Shown here: positions 32,085 through 43,271 of the stretch, piece by piece
Numbering within the stretch: position 1 is the first letter of the stretch
How the letters are laid out: each line of letters starts with the position of its first letter
The notes under the pieces: model-generated
Seen by the model: only the letters and a program-made list of their open reading frames with translations
Database searches by the model: none
Told to the model about the DNA's origin: nothing
Source of the DNA: a virus
Length of the DNA stretch: 64,000 nucleotides
Reading direction: 5' to 3' (one strand)
Virus record (IMG/VR): IMGVR_UViG_3300032331_002826
Coordinates: 10,204-74,203 of that record
Translations under genes and position numbers: made by a program

Positions 32085-34537
32085 TATCGAACTACTTTGA
32101 AATAAGTATTGTTGTCAATCACCTCGACAGCTCCATCTATCTCGGTTTTAATGAGAATCTTGAAATATCTTTCTTGTGGAAGACCCGTCATATCCAACAT
32201 AAAGTAGTTACCATTTGAATCACAACTCAATTTTGTTCCTTCATCAAAGTCAATTACAACTTCTTCGGTTTCGGTGTCTTTTATCGAATAGTAAGTTTCA
32301 ACAGGAAGATATTTTGGAGTCAATTGTGATGTCTGCTGTGTTGCTTTAGTAAAATTCTTCAGCGGAAACTTTTCTCTAGCAAAAACATTCACTCTAACAA
32401 TACTGTTGTGTTTATATTCCTTCTTTATGTTTTTCAAAGTAACAATAAACGGAATATTACCATCAATCGGTTCCAAAGAATCGGTGACAAATTCTGAGTC
32501 ATCCCATGTTATATCCAAACATGGAGTATAAATTGTATTTGTCTCTTTACTATAGAATCCCAATGCACCATTAGAAAGTGTACTCAACTCCTCTGAAGTC
32601 AATAGAATAATTCCCTCATTAGGAATACATCCGCTTATCCAAGATTTTACAATTGGAGTCACGTCCATTTTAATATCAGATGACTCATATGAAAAACTTT
32701 GTGACATTATCAACGAACTTCCTGTGATCAATGTGTCATAAAATGGAGAATCAAACGACTGTGTTAGACTACCCGATACACTAGATGATGTTTCTGCCTT
32801 TACAACTTCAATTTGTTGATTGATGTAATACAACAAACTTGAAGAGAAATCGTTGGTAGCGCTAGATGTAAACTGAGCGGTCATCAATGACAAAGAACTT
32901 GTCAACAATGACGGCGACATACTTGCACTTACATAGATCAAATATGGATCTGTAGTACCGAGAGCCTCAGACAAACTAGAAGAGAAATCGGTGTATACCG
33001 TATTTACATTGATAGCATACAAACTAGCAGATGTGGCGTTCGCAGACCAATCATTCAAAATCGAATATACCTCATCAAATGTAGTCGGATTCAATCCATA
33101 CATACTACTCGAAAGATATACATCATAAGCGTAGGCATTATCAGAATAATAAGCAGCTGAGGATGAATCATTCAGGATCGTCTGAATACTAGAACTCAAG
33201 TGGTTAACAAACAACGTACTTGAACTGTATTCACTTTGGTACAACGAACAAGAACTACATGCAAGTGATGAGGTAGTATTGATTGTTGACAAATAATCAG
33301 CAATGCTACCCGATGTATTTTCGTATGTAGGTACTGCGATTGATCTCAATAGATCGTTAGCCGCATCAGCATTTTGTTGTGATATAGTCGAGTCGGCCAA
33401 CACTGACGCCAAACTTGAAGACAAAATACTGTCAAAACTGGAACTTAAGTTGGAATCTAGACTTGACGAATATTGTTGATCGAATGTAGGAATTGAAATC
33501 TCTCTAGTATAAAAAGGAGTTTGAACACTAGATGTAGGATTGATAAACGATGATGGAACACTATAACACCATGTTCCTCCGCCATTACGAAACGCTGTAG
33601 ATTTGTTTGACTCATTGGTCAAATAGTCAGATAATTGAGTAGTCGGATTGTAAGGATACCACACCTCACCTCCATTTTCATCACGATAGTTCCAACTTGC
33701 ACCCAAATCAGTTCCATCATCTGCAAATCTTCCGTCACCCATAGACCAACTTTGACTGATTGGGTAAGCATAGATCGTATAATCAAACGGCAATTCCGAT
33801 TGACGCAACACTTTCACTGAAAGAGTAAACTTTGGATCGACGACTTCACCTTTGCTGATCGAACTCGAAATTGAGGTTATATCAAATTTAATCATTGATC
33901 TCGTCAACACCTGTGAAGAACTCAATGTAAAATGCGGTTCGTAATATTCGTAACTTCCAGATATAGACCCCAACAAAGTTCCCGATACTCCGTTCAAACT
34001 TCCAGAAAAATTGAATAATAGACCCGTCACACTTCCTGATATTTCTCCTGTTACGGCTGATCCGGACACGCTTCCTGAAAGATGTGTAACACTTCCGCTT
34101 GAATTAGGATCAGATACTACAATCTCATCCGAGTAAGACACTCCGTTAATAGTAGCATCGTAAACATATCCGTTCAAACTTCCTGTAAAGTCTCCGGTAA
34201 AATCTGATGTGACGAAGTTTGAACAACTCATTTCGGCTGGATTAACATACCCAACTACGTTTCCGTTTACAACAGTAACATCTGATGAAGGGTCAGATAC
34301 GATAACGTTTATTGTACTTCCAGAAAAGTAGGCATCACATTGACCTTGAAAGTTTACAACGTTTTCTACAAATACGTTTGATGAACTGACATTGCTAGAC
34401 TGATAATATGACACCTTTTGAACGGTGTTAGTCTGTGAAGCGACAGTCAGTATTTCATCAATACCAAAGTTCTTGTTCTCCAAGGTCTTTAGATTGGTAA
34501 TATACGTGTCTTTAGATGGAAATAGAAAATGGTGCAT
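32084..34537 (-). CDS. Virion structural protein (DNRLRE-like beta-sandwich with Ser-rich insertions)
   Basis: KDTYI..NFGIDEIL, RSMIKFDI, MDVTPIVKSW..NEGIIL, FYSKET..P.L.I.W. Confidence 0.65.
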   Translation of the reverse strand: MHHFLFPSKDTYITNLKTLENKNFGIDEILTVASQTNTVQKVSYYQSSNVSSSNVFVENVVNFQGQCDAYFSGSTINVIVSDPSSDVTVVNGNVVGYVNPAEMSCSNFVTSDFTGDFTGSLNGYVYDATINGVSYSDEIVVSDPNSSGSVTHLSGSVSGSAVTGEISGSVTGLLFNFSGSLNGVSGTLLGSISGSYEYYEPHFTLSSSQVLTRSMIKFDITSISSSISKGEVVDPKFTLSVKVLRQSELPFDYTIYAYPISQSWSMGDGRFADDGTDLGASWNYRDENGGEVWYPYNPTTQLSDYLTNESNKSTAFRNGGGTWCYSVPSSFINPTSSVQTPFYTREISIPTFDQQYSSSLDSNLSSSFDSILSSSLASVLADSTISQQNADAANDLLRSIAVPTYENTSGSIADYLSTINTTSSLACSSCSLYQSEYSSSTLFVNHLSSSIQTILNDSSSAAYYSDNAYAYDVYLSSSMYGLNPTTFDEVYSILNDWSANATSASLYAINVNTVYTDFSSSLSEALGTTDPYLIYVSASMSPSLLTSSLSLMTAQFTSSATNDFSSSLLYYINQQIEVVKAETSSSVSGSLTQSFDSPFYDTLITGSSLIMSQSFSYESSDIKMDVTPIVKSWISGCIPNEGIILLTSEELSTLSNGALGFYSKETNTIYTPCLDITWDDSEFVTDSLEPIDGNIPFIVTLKNIKKEYKHNSIVRVNVFAREKFPLKNFTKATQQTSQLTPKYLPVETYYSIKDTETEEVVIDFDEGTKLSCDSNGNYFMLDMTGLPQERYFKILIKTEIDGAVEVIDNNTYFKVVR

Positions 34538-34538
34538 A

Positions 34539-36494
34539 TTATACTGCTGTTGCTTTGATATCCGTTTCTGGGTTTTTCAATTCAAACACACATGGATCCA
34601 ATGAAGGATACACAATTTTGTTCACCGTGGCTGCATCAATGTTGTATTCAATTGGAGAATACGATCCATCTTTGCTTGTCAAATTTGTTAACTTGAGTGA
34701 AGCAACCGATTGAACTCCCTCCACCTTAGCAATTTCCAACTCCAATTGGCTCAAATTGATTGGTTGAGAGAATCCCCAAATGTCAATATTGAAAAATGAT
34801 TTAACTGCATTTACGCAATTTACTAACACTTCTTTTTTGTTGAAATTGTTGTATGTGACAATTTTGAATTCAACTCCAATGTTCACCACATATCCGTCGA
34901 TCAAATTGATGCCATCCGTCATCATACGATACTGGTTCAAATACTGTCTGATGTTGTGGAATAGAGCAGGATTAGGTTTTACCAAGTTTTTGTTTTCATC
35001 GTATGACAACAAAAACACATTGATTGAAAATGGATTTTTCAAATTTCCACTGATGTTGCGATTAGACAATACTTCGCTTTCTTGTGTCAATGATCCATTT
35101 ACAATCGAATTTGCGTTTAGATTGTTATCCGAAGTTACCGTTGCCTTCGCAATAGATCCAAACTTAGCGGGCAGCGCGTAGATACGAGCAATATAATCAT
35201 CTGCGGTAACAACACGATTTTGTGCAGCGAAGAATGCTGTGGCATTCTGTTTGATTTCATCAATCGACTCAGGTCCATCTCCACCAACTGCTGGTATGTT
35301 ATTTTCCACCGCAAGCGAATTCTTTACCACCTGGAAGAGGTTTTGTTCAGGAGTTGTAAGAAGAGTAAGATCGTTCTCAAACTCAACGCCTACGATGCTT
35401 TTAATGTCACCCGTCTGACTGTTTGATTCAACCCCACCACCAACAAGATAACGAACGGTAAATTGAGTTCCCTTCTTTGGATATATACCAAACGCATCCG
35501 AATTGATGATGTTGGTAGGATCGAGAGATACATTAAGGGTTCTAAGATTGCTCAGACTAACACCTAGTATTTCAGCAGATGGTACTATAATTTCATCGTT
35601 GACACCTTCATTACCCGGACCGAACTCAAGATATGTTAGATCATCTGAGTTTATGTTGGACGTAAACTTTCGTTGGGTTCTAAGCAACTTCAAAATATTT
35701 GGCACCGAAGATTGGTACTGAATATAACGATCATCATTCAACGAAGAGTTTTCATATGATGTGATAACAACATCCTGTGCGAGATAATCAACTTCATACC
35801 ATTTTATGTTGTCTTGGTCTCTAACATCCAATATATCCAAAACATTGTTTTCATCCAAATACAGTTTGTAAAAGGATTGATTCTCATTGACCGTGAAAAT
35901 CTTTTGAACTATTTTACCCGATATACCATTTACCGTTTTCTTCAATAGGAAAAATTGAGGAATTCCATAGTCATCTCTCGAACTCACAGATACTTCTCTT
36001 GGAGACTCGGAACTATCCAACGAAAAATCAATCAAATCAGTAGTTACAAAATATACGCCAGCACTATTGACCAACTGCATACCTTCTTTGATGCGAAGAC
36101 AATACTTGTTGTCAGGAACATAGGATCCAGTGGAATCTTTTACCGATGGAACTACTTGATACACATCGAAATTTGTAAGTGACGGCCTAGAAACTTTTGG
36201 TTTGTATCCCAAAAACTTTGAAAGAGCAAGGACATTCTTTTTTTCCTCTGTATATGGAAAGATACTCTCCTTAAATTGTTGATCCAAGTAAAATGACAGA
36301 ACATCACCAACATATGATGCCATTTCAATAAATATCGTGCCAGGAGATGAGTCGGAAAAATCCTGATAGTTCTTTGGAAAATATGACTTGGTATAATCAA
36401 TTAGATTCTTCTTGAACTGAGAAAAATCTCTGTTCAAATACGAAACATCCTTGTTAGTCAAGGGTTTGAACGTTTTCTGTATAGTTGATGCCAT
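34539..36494 (-). CDS. Baseplate wedge protein (T4 gp6-like)
   Basis: DFSQFKKNL, YQDFSDSSPG..E.ASYVGDVLSFY, GGDGPESIDEIK..A..QNRVVTADDY. Confidence 0.9.
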   Translation of the reverse strand: MASTIQKTFKPLTNKDVSYLNRDFSQFKKNLIDYTKSYFPKNYQDFSDSSPGTIFIEMASYVGDVLSFYLDQQFKESIFPYTEEKKNVLALSKFLGYKPKVSRPSLTNFDVYQVVPSVKDSTGSYVPDNKYCLRIKEGMQLVNSAGVYFVTTDLIDFSLDSSESPREVSVSSRDDYGIPQFFLLKKTVNGISGKIVQKIFTVNENQSFYKLYLDENNVLDILDVRDQDNIKWYEVDYLAQDVVITSYENSSLNDDRYIQYQSSVPNILKLLRTQRKFTSNINSDDLTYLEFGPGNEGVNDEIIVPSAEILGVSLSNLRTLNVSLDPTNIINSDAFGIYPKKGTQFTVRYLVGGGVESNSQTGDIKSIVGVEFENDLTLLTTPEQNLFQVVKNSLAVENNIPAVGGDGPESIDEIKQNATAFFAAQNRVVTADDYIARIYALPAKFGSIAKATVTSDNNLNANSIVNGSLTQESEVLSNRNISGNLKNPFSINVFLLSYDENKNLVKPNPALFHNIRQYLNQYRMMTDGINLIDGYVVNIGVEFKIVTYNNFNKKEVLVNCVNAVKSFFNIDIWGFSQPINLSQLELEIAKVEGVQSVASLKLTNLTSKDGSYSPIEYNIDAATVNKIVYPSLDPCVFELKNPETDIKATAV

Positions 36495-36496
36495 AG

Positions 36497-36886
36497 TTAG
36501 TTGTTTTCCAGAAACATCTCAATCGAAGTAGTATCGTTATTAACGGAAATCGTAAGATTGATGTATAGTCTATAAATATCTACATCTTCCTTTTTTAGGA
36601 CTTTAATGTCGATATTGTCAATGTTGGCAATGGGAACCCAATAGTTTATATCCTGAGTCAACGATTGTTTGATTCTTTGAGGAAGAGTAGCGTCGTTTTG
36701 ATCAAATACAAATTTGTTAAGAGAATGACCAAACGTGGGCTGCATACGACGTTCGCCCTTTCTGGTATTCAACAAATTAACAATGTTAGTCTTTGTCTGT
36801 TCCAACGTATATATGGTTTGAGCAAAAAAACCACCCTCTCCGTTTTTAATAGGCAAAGTTAACCCGATGGGATATAGGGTAGCCAT
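36497..36886 (-). CDS. Baseplate wedge subunit (T4 gp25-like)
   Basis: NIVNLLNTRKGERRMQPTFG. Confidence 0.9.
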   Translation of the reverse strand: MATLYPIGLTLPIKNGEGGFFAQTIYTLEQTKTNIVNLLNTRKGERRMQPTFGHSLNKFVFDQNDATLPQRIKQSLTQDINYWVPIANIDNIDIKVLKKEDVDIYRLYINLTISVNNDTTSIEMFLENN

Positions 36887-36887
36887 A

Positions 36888-37328
36888 TTACATCATTGAT
36901 ACATTAGAACTTGATGATCCTCCGGACTTTTTCTTATTATCAATAGCCTTCATCAAAGAAGAATAGTTCTTTGTAAGAGCTGTCGCAATAGGAGCGGGAA
37001 CACTTTCAATATGGTCCAATACAGAGTTGGCAGATGGTCCCATATTAGATGAAACCAACGATCCTTCTTGTGGTACACCACCAACCGTCTCATTAAGAAC
37101 CTTATTCAGTGCCTCATTTTTTGTGAATATCTTGTATTCCTTTTTTGGTTGAGGAGCAACGACCGATTTAGTTGTGCGTTCTATGGTTTTTTTAACAGGT
37201 TCAGATTGGTGTACAACCTTTGAAGAGAAAACCTCAGCCATGATCTGAGGCAAAAGAGATGGCAGAGTCTCTCTAACTTCTTGTTGCACCATCTCCTTGA
37301 TTAGTTGTTTGAGTGAATCTTTTGTCAT
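36888..37328 (-). CDS. Hypothetical protein
   Basis: 146-aa ORF within the operon. Confidence 0.65.
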   Translation of the reverse strand: MTKDSLKQLIKEMVQQEVRETLPSLLPQIMAEVFSSKVVHQSEPVKKTIERTTKSVVAPQPKKEYKIFTKNEALNKVLNETVGGVPQEGSLVSSNMGPSANSVLDHIESVPAPIATALTKNYSSLMKAIDNKKKSGGSSSSNVSMM

Positions 37329-37370
37329 AGTATAATTAAATATCAGAGTTTTGTTTGTAAAGTGACACTA

Positions 37371-39053
37371 TTATTCAGGACGTTCACGTCTTATTTTACC
37401 ACGGAATCCGCCTGGAACTCCGTCTCCATTGTACGTATTAACACTAACAGGTTGTGATCCATCTGTTATATTTTCTCCGTCTTGACCCGGAGCATATCCT
37501 CCGCCCGTCAAAAACACTCTACGGCTCATCAAATTGTAGAGTCGTTGTTCAAGATCAAGCAAAGGATTTAATTGAACACGTTCTTGGGTTTGATTAGGAT
37601 CCGCTCCGCCAGCATCTGGATGACTGTGATCATACCAATGGGTATGAATTCTAAGCCACTCACATAGATCATACAACCAATCGACCGTTGTTTGACCTAA
37701 CAATGCTGGTTCGTTTGTTTCATCGTACTGACCAAGATATATCACAGGAGCGTTGATGACTGCTTTTTTATGAGTAGTTAAAACAACCTGATCATGAGCA
37801 TCAACAGTAAACTCGTTATCAGTGATAATACCATATCGTTTTTTAGAGAAGTGAAAAGTCTCTCCAAATCGGCTACTTAAAATGATACGATCAGTATTTA
37901 GAATCAACTGATCTTTGTTTAGTACCGGCCAAGTAAAGTTGGTGGCACCATCAGGACAAAAAGCATCAACTTCTTCACGGGTATCATTTGAAAATATCTT
38001 TTTGTAACAAGTTGTCACAAACTTAGATATTGTACAACCAGATGTTATGTGGATCGATGTACCATCGTTATTTATATCTTCCAACATGAACCCACCAACA
38101 TTTCTCTCAGGATGTCCATGATCATCCAACTCGATCTTTTCAATGATAGGAAGAAGATCGTGCAATTGAATGTCTCGATCTTTTTTTAAAGGTCTTTGTC
38201 TGTTACGAATAAGGACCATTGGATTTCCACCACCAACCTCCGGTTCGTCTTTGAAAAATGTATTCTTTTTACCCTCTCCTATAGCATAATCATCATAACC
38301 CCAAAAATTATCAAAGGGATTAAGACTATATCCTTTATCGTTTGATCGATCATCGTCATACGCACCAAACCTAATTGATGATCCAAATCTACTTTCAAAA
38401 ACCGTATCTCCTTCAAATCGTTTCAATGAACGAATATTTGGGTTGTTCAAAAAATATCTACCCAATGCACCTTCAAATCCATATCCGCCTTGAGCTCGTA
38501 GTTTACTAACCGGCCCTTTGTAGTCAACAAATTGAGGATCGTTTTGATCGGTCAATTCTTCACGGTTTCCCATTCCACCGCCGTATGTCAACTCAAACGC
38601 AATATCAGCATTGTTGTTGATGAAGTTTTTGTAGTTGATTTTACGGGTATAGTAAAGGTTGCCGTGGTGTTCTACCACACCCACGATTTCATTAACAAGA
38701 GGATATTCTGATATGTTGTTCTCCAATGGAAGTGCCCATGGAAGACCTTCTTTTGGAACGCTAGTATGAGATCTAAGAAGTCGAAGTTTGACTCGTCCTA
38801 TCCAAGTGTAATCTACATCGGAAAAATCTGTAGGTTTCCCGACATAATTTTCAGGCCACTGTGTCGAGTCAACGTAGTGTCCATTATTTGCCAACTCAGG
38901 ATGTGTCTCATCCAATATGATATCCAAAACAACGGCAGGTTCGACTTGAATTGTGTCGGACCTATCCATTGAAAGGAATTTGATGTCTCGTTTGGTCGCC
39001 AAAAGATTTGTATCTTTTGACATATCCATTGGAAGAGGATTGTTACTTGTCAT
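37371..39053 (-). CDS. Baseplate hub/central spike protein (gp5/VgrG-like)
   Basis: N-terminal OB-like GRVK...P..NE.V; EGD...ESRFGSSIRFG; apex motif HTHWYDHSH. Confidence 0.7.
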   Translation of the reverse strand: MTSNNPLPMDMSKDTNLLATKRDIKFLSMDRSDTIQVEPAVVLDIILDETHPELANNGHYVDSTQWPENYVGKPTDFSDVDYTWIGRVKLRLLRSHTSVPKEGLPWALPLENNISEYPLVNEIVGVVEHHGNLYYTRKINYKNFINNNADIAFELTYGGGMGNREELTDQNDPQFVDYKGPVSKLRAQGGYGFEGALGRYFLNNPNIRSLKRFEGDTVFESRFGSSIRFGAYDDDRSNDKGYSLNPFDNFWGYDDYAIGEGKKNTFFKDEPEVGGGNPMVLIRNRQRPLKKDRDIQLHDLLPIIEKIELDDHGHPERNVGGFMLEDINNDGTSIHITSGCTISKFVTTCYKKIFSNDTREEVDAFCPDGATNFTWPVLNKDQLILNTDRIILSSRFGETFHFSKKRYGIITDNEFTVDAHDQVVLTTHKKAVINAPVIYLGQYDETNEPALLGQTTVDWLYDLCEWLRIHTHWYDHSHPDAGGADPNQTQERVQLNPLLDLEQRLYNLMSRRVFLTGGGYAPGQDGENITDGSQPVSVNTYNGDGVPGGFRGKIRRERPE

Positions 39054-39429
39054 TTTTAATAGAAGGTACTTTGATTGGTTTTTTTAGAGTTGCGTCAATA
39101 TCATCAATTTCTTTCATCAACTGACGCTTTTCTTCTTCGGTCAACATAAACGCTCCACCTGAACCTTCAGGTCCAGCATTTCCTCTCGACATGATACGCT
39201 GTACTACAGCTGCAAGTTTAACCAACTGTTCATCATTTTTAACCCGTACATCAAAATAGTCTCTGATCAAAGGAACAATCAATAGCGCGTCATTTGCTGT
39301 TTTGACCAACGATCTCAGGTCGCTAATAAGGATATCAATTTGATCACGATTACTTTCCGAGTTACTTACAATGTCCTTACATAGATCTGAAAACTTCTTG
39401 TTTTTATATATCTCAATGTCGTTATCCAT
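39043..39429 (-). CDS. Hypothetical helical protein
   Basis: 128 aa, preceded by TATTTATA at 39445-39452. Confidence 0.65.
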   Translation of the reverse strand: MDNDIEIYKNKKFSDLCKDIVSNSESNRDQIDILISDLRSLVKTANDALLIVPLIRDYFDVRVKNDEQLVKLAAVVQRIMSRGNAGPEGSGGAFMLTEEEKRQLMKEIDDIDATLKKPIKVPSIKNDK

Positions 39430-39453
39430 ACCAGTATATCAGTGTATAAATAG

Positions 39454-39480
39454 AAAAACCACCCCAAACGGAGTGGTTTT
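39454..39480 (-). terminator. Intrinsic terminator
   Basis: AAAACCAC/GTGGTTTT hairpin with a U-tract on the minus strand. Confidence 0.7.
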
Positions 39481-39503
39481 CCTTATTTTATTTTAGAGTC
39501 TAA

Positions 39504-40394
39504 TTACAACGCTCCTGCATCAGAATAGGATTTGGCTATCGTGGTTTGATAGTTTTTCATCCTATTGATGACCTTTGTTATTTGTTGGGTTTTACAAGAT
39601 GAAATCTCACGGATGTACAAATACAATGCTTTTTTATTGAAAGCATCGATTCTATCACTATTTCTAAACAGTTCAATTACCGCATTAGCAATGTTAATAT
39701 CTCTCTGTTTGGTGAAGATCTTATTGATGTTCTTCTCCCAATAATCCACCATCAAACCAATGAACTCACGGTTTTCTTTTTCTCTGTAATGCGTATCTTC
39801 TTGCTGTAGTTTACATGTACCCTCACCATTGTCCTCACTAATTTCAACGTGTTGATTGAAACGTTTGTAGTTGGTGTTGTTTTGAAAAATAAGATAATTC
39901 TTGGCGATGATACTAAAGTATCCAAATGCTTTACCTTTGCATTTGTCAAACTTGTGCATATTTGCTACCAAATGAGCTACTGTTTCTTTTTGTACTTCAA
40001 GTGGACCCGTCTCAAAATAACAGAATTTGAAAGTGTTAAATACGTTTTCTACCAATTTTTCAAACGGATACTTAATGTGAGTATTATAGATGTCATCTCT
40101 AGTGTCCTGATCATCCGTCGTGTTGTAAGTGATGATTGCGTCTTCTGTATTAGAGGTGAAATACATTTTGTCTTTAGAAGACTTTTTCTTCTTAGAAGAC
40201 TCTGATGCAACATCAATATCAACTTCAGCGTCTACAACAATTTCTTCAATTGGCATTTCAACAGAACTAGTCTCTGTTTTTGAAGTCTTTTTTAGAACCT
40301 TTTTATTTACGGACTTTTTCTTATTAACAGCGGGTTCTGTGCGACTTTTCTGTTTCTTAAGAACTTTGGTTATTTTCTTTTTGGTTTTTGACAT
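39504..40394 (-). CDS. Late-transcription sigma factor (T4 gp55-like)
   Basis: Sigma region-2-like segment HLVANMHKFDKCKGKAFGYFSIIAKNYLI; Lys-rich disordered N-terminus. Confidence 0.65.
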   Translation of the reverse strand: MSKTKKKITKVLKKQKSRTEPAVNKKKSVNKKVLKKTSKTETSSVEMPIEEIVVDAEVDIDVASESSKKKKSSKDKMYFTSNTEDAIITYNTTDDQDTRDDIYNTHIKYPFEKLVENVFNTFKFCYFETGPLEVQKETVAHLVANMHKFDKCKGKAFGYFSIIAKNYLIFQNNTNYKRFNQHVEISEDNGEGTCKLQQEDTHYREKENREFIGLMVDYWEKNINKIFTKQRDINIANAVIELFRNSDRIDAFNKKALYLYIREISSCKTQQITKVINRMKNYQTTIAKSYSDAGAL

Positions 40395-40656
40395 CAGATT
40401 CAATCCTTGTATTTAATTTTTCGATTATTGTAACAATGTCCAAAAATATCACGCCGACCTCATCATCTTTTTGGAAAATCTGTTTATCGTCCAGTTGTTG
40501 GAGTTGGGTATAGACATTATTGACATCAGTCCTAAACTCTAACACCCACTGTTCATATATGTCAATTTTTTTCTGTCCTATATAAACAAGATAACCCAGT
40601 ATCACAGAAGCTGTCACCGACACTATAACCAATATAACTAGTAAAGCTATTAACAT
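40357..40656 (-). CDS. Small membrane protein
   Basis: N-terminal TM helix followed by a coiled-coil. Confidence 0.6.
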   Translation of the reverse strand: MLIALLVILVIVSVTASVILGYLVYIGQKKIDIYEQWVLEFRTDVNNVYTQLQQLDDKQIFQKDDEVGVIFLDIVTIIEKLNTRIESDVKNQKENNQSS

Positions 40657-40659
40657 ATT

Positions 40660-40800
40660 TTAGTCGTTGTCTTCATTTTCACCGTAGTCATGACAATAAT
40701 CTTTGATATACATCAAAGCATCGTCAACTATTGTCCAATCTTTAGATTCAATAGCGTCGTTCAAAATTTCAACGAGTTCACAAATTTCTTGTTGATTCAT
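40660..40800 (-). CDS. Small acidic hypothetical protein (46 aa)
   Basis: MNQQEICELVEILNDAIESKDW..., below the ORF-track cutoff and abutting the next gene. Confidence 0.55.
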   Translation of the reverse strand: MNQQEICELVEILNDAIESKDWTIVDDALMYIKDYCHDYGENEDND

Positions 40801-40896
40801 AGTAGAAATATCAGATTAATTATTTACAATACTCTGACTTGATAACGCCATGAGCAAAGTTAAATAGTGTAACGTCAGTAAAACTATCAGATATTT

Positions 40897-41913
40897 TCAC
40901 CTATGTGCAAAATAACGCTTGAAAAAGTCATCTTGTCCTGACTTTTTTGCAGGATCGGGTTTTTCACTGGTCACAGTAATCGTTGGTTCTAGTACACTCG
41001 ATTCGGAAATATTGTTGGACGGTTCAGTTACAATTTCTTTTTCTTCAACCACATCTGATTTTGGTTGAATAACAGGTTCCGGCTTTGGTTGTGGGATAGA
41101 TTCTGGTGCAGTAGCATAAATTGCATATTCTCTGTTGATCGCAACGTTATATGCTAAAACCAATGCCACTGCGAGGGGATCGAATACACATATCAATATC
41201 AATATGAACCACTTTGCAACAGTGTTAATACTAACACCGGCAGACTCGGCAACAAATTTGAAGGTCTGAATATCTTTTGCTGAAGATGATGTAAGTTTAA
41301 GTTCGGTAATTTTCTTGTCTACATTATCTATATCAGTAGAATATGATTGAGATTTATCATTTTCCGATTTGATATTTTTGTCTGTTTGATCAATAAGTTC
41401 CATCGTCTGTTCCTGTACCTGACGAAATTGAATTGGATTTCTTGCCAACAGTGAGTTTGTATTAACCTGACTCAATCGATCCTCTTGACTCTTTCTTAGA
41501 GAGGTCAACGACTCAATACGTTTTTTTACATCATCGATCTTTACAAGAGACAATTTCTTCTGATTCTCCAATGACGTAACTTGTTCTTGCATCATTGTAT
41601 ATTGTATCGAAGACTGTTGATACGCACTTGTCAAGTATCCAAAAACACCTAAAGATGTAATACCCATCAAAACGATGACAGCAATACAAAGGTATGATTT
41701 TAGTAGAAATTGAGATTTTTTCCAAAATCGATATAGAAATGAGGTAGCAACAAGTTTGCCTAACTCAAGTGAAGATGCCATCACCATTGCAGCAATTGAT
41801 GCTCCAGAGAATAATAACCCAATGCCCCATATGGAGAAGAATGCAGCACACCCAGCAATGAATAGTGCTGAAAATCCCAATAGGTTATTGAAATTAAGAA
41901 AGTTCTTGTTCAT
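40897..41913 (-). CDS. Membrane protein with a coiled-coil (three N-terminal TMs, one C-terminal TM)
   Basis: AAFFSIWG...LELGKLV...FGYL; VFDPLAV; TATTTATA at 41918-41925. Confidence 0.75.
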   Translation of the reverse strand: MNKNFLNFNNLLGFSALFIAGCAAFFSIWGIGLLFSGASIAAMVMASSLELGKLVATSFLYRFWKKSQFLLKSYLCIAVIVLMGITSLGVFGYLTSAYQQSSIQYTMMQEQVTSLENQKKLSLVKIDDVKKRIESLTSLRKSQEDRLSQVNTNSLLARNPIQFRQVQEQTMELIDQTDKNIKSENDKSQSYSTDIDNVDKKITELKLTSSSAKDIQTFKFVAESAGVSINTVAKWFILILICVFDPLAVALVLAYNVAINREYAIYATAPESIPQPKPEPVIQPKSDVVEEKEIVTEPSNNISESSVLEPTITVTSEKPDPAKKSGQDDFFKRYFAHR

Positions 41914-41969
41914 AAGATATAAATATCACCAAAAACAAAAAACCCCACCTAAATGGTGAGGGTAGTGTA

Positions 41970-43268
41970 TCAAACGTCAACGTTCAACTTGTTTTTATAC
42001 GAACCAAGTTCTCTTCCCATTATGTCATACGATTTGACTTCATAATGTAGGTTTTTGTTATCCGCAAGTAGTTGCAAATGAACGTTAAACGAAACTTTGT
42101 CGGGGCGATTCTGCCAGAATCCTATAATTTCCGGACCAAATGTATTCACCTGAATCAATCTATTTCTATCATCATATACAGAAACGGTTAATTTATTGAC
42201 CGATTTGTTATTCAATATAGACGGATTCAAATCTATACTTGGAGAAACAGAAATGATGCTTAAAGTGATGGGATCGTGTCCGTCAACATAGTTTTCATTG
42301 TATGGAGTTGGAGCTAACTTACCTGACAAAGTGTAAATACACACTTCTTTGGTGGAGAATTTAACACCAGCATATCTCTCATATTCACTTAAAGTACGAA
42401 CCTTTCCAAAGTTATATTTGTCAGATATGACAATTGCGTCATCTTGTTCCATTCCAAACAAAACTCGATTTCTCTTTTGTGACTTGATATCACGTTCCCA
42501 CCAAGATTGTTTGATTCCTTTGATGTCTTGTTTAGTGAGATCATGATCGTCCCAATGCTTAAACCTGGCAGATCTAGTATATTCATGCCAACACACGACT
42601 TTGTGTGGATGATACAAATCGTATCCGTGGGTAAATGCTCTTACCGCAATACTGATCTCTTCACCGTAGAAATAAAACTCAGGATCGTGCGGAACCTCTT
42701 CACAGAATTTACCATCAGCAAACGCAAAATGAGCAGAGTAAAATCTCGACGGAACAGGTGTTGTGCAAAACTCATAATCGTTTATTGGAGACGGCACAAA
42801 GAAAATGGGACCGTCTGAAAGAAACTTATGAAAGTCCATTTTCCACGGAATCAGTTCATATGTACTTTTATCCGCAAATGGATCGAAAGCCGGAATATAG
42901 GCAGTGATTAAGGGTTTTTCACTGCCCATATTTTGACACTGATTATACATCGTCTTTAGTTCTGTATCCCACCCCTGAACAAATCGATGATGTGAATCCA
43001 ACTGCATCGTATAACGTTGTCCGTTATACCTACGTTGAATTTGATTTCTTGCCCAACACGCGCCTTTACTTTCGTAATATGGAATGTCAATAATTTCGAT
43101 ATTTGGATACGACTTTAATACATCTAAATTTTCAGAGTCGTCGTGTTGCCAACATATACAAACATGCAACGCTTCGGGATTGTGAGCATTTTCGTACATA
43201 TCCAAAATGGTTGGCACCAATTCTGGATCTCTGTACGATGCAATTTGTACAAATATCGATTCGTCCAT
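41970..43268 (-). CDS. Glycosyltransferase (GlcNAc-transferase/GT60-like)
   Basis: IFVQIASYRDPE, GACWAR, QLDSHHRF..WD, PHDP.F.F.GEE. Confidence 0.85.
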   Translation of the reverse strand: MDESIFVQIASYRDPELVPTILDMYENAHNPEALHVCICWQHDDSENLDVLKSYPNIEIIDIPYYESKGACWARNQIQRRYNGQRYTMQLDSHHRFVQGWDTELKTMYNQCQNMGSEKPLITAYIPAFDPFADKSTYELIPWKMDFHKFLSDGPIFFVPSPINDYEFCTTPVPSRFYSAHFAFADGKFCEEVPHDPEFYFYGEEISIAVRAFTHGYDLYHPHKVVCWHEYTRSARFKHWDDHDLTKQDIKGIKQSWWERDIKSQKRNRVLFGMEQDDAIVISDKYNFGKVRTLSEYERYAGVKFSTKEVCIYTLSGKLAPTPYNENYVDGHDPITLSIISVSPSIDLNPSILNNKSVNKLTVSVYDDRNRLIQVNTFGPEIIGFWQNRPDKVSFNVHLQLLADNKNLHYEVKSYDIMGRELGSYKNKLNVDV

Positions 43269-43271
43269 AAC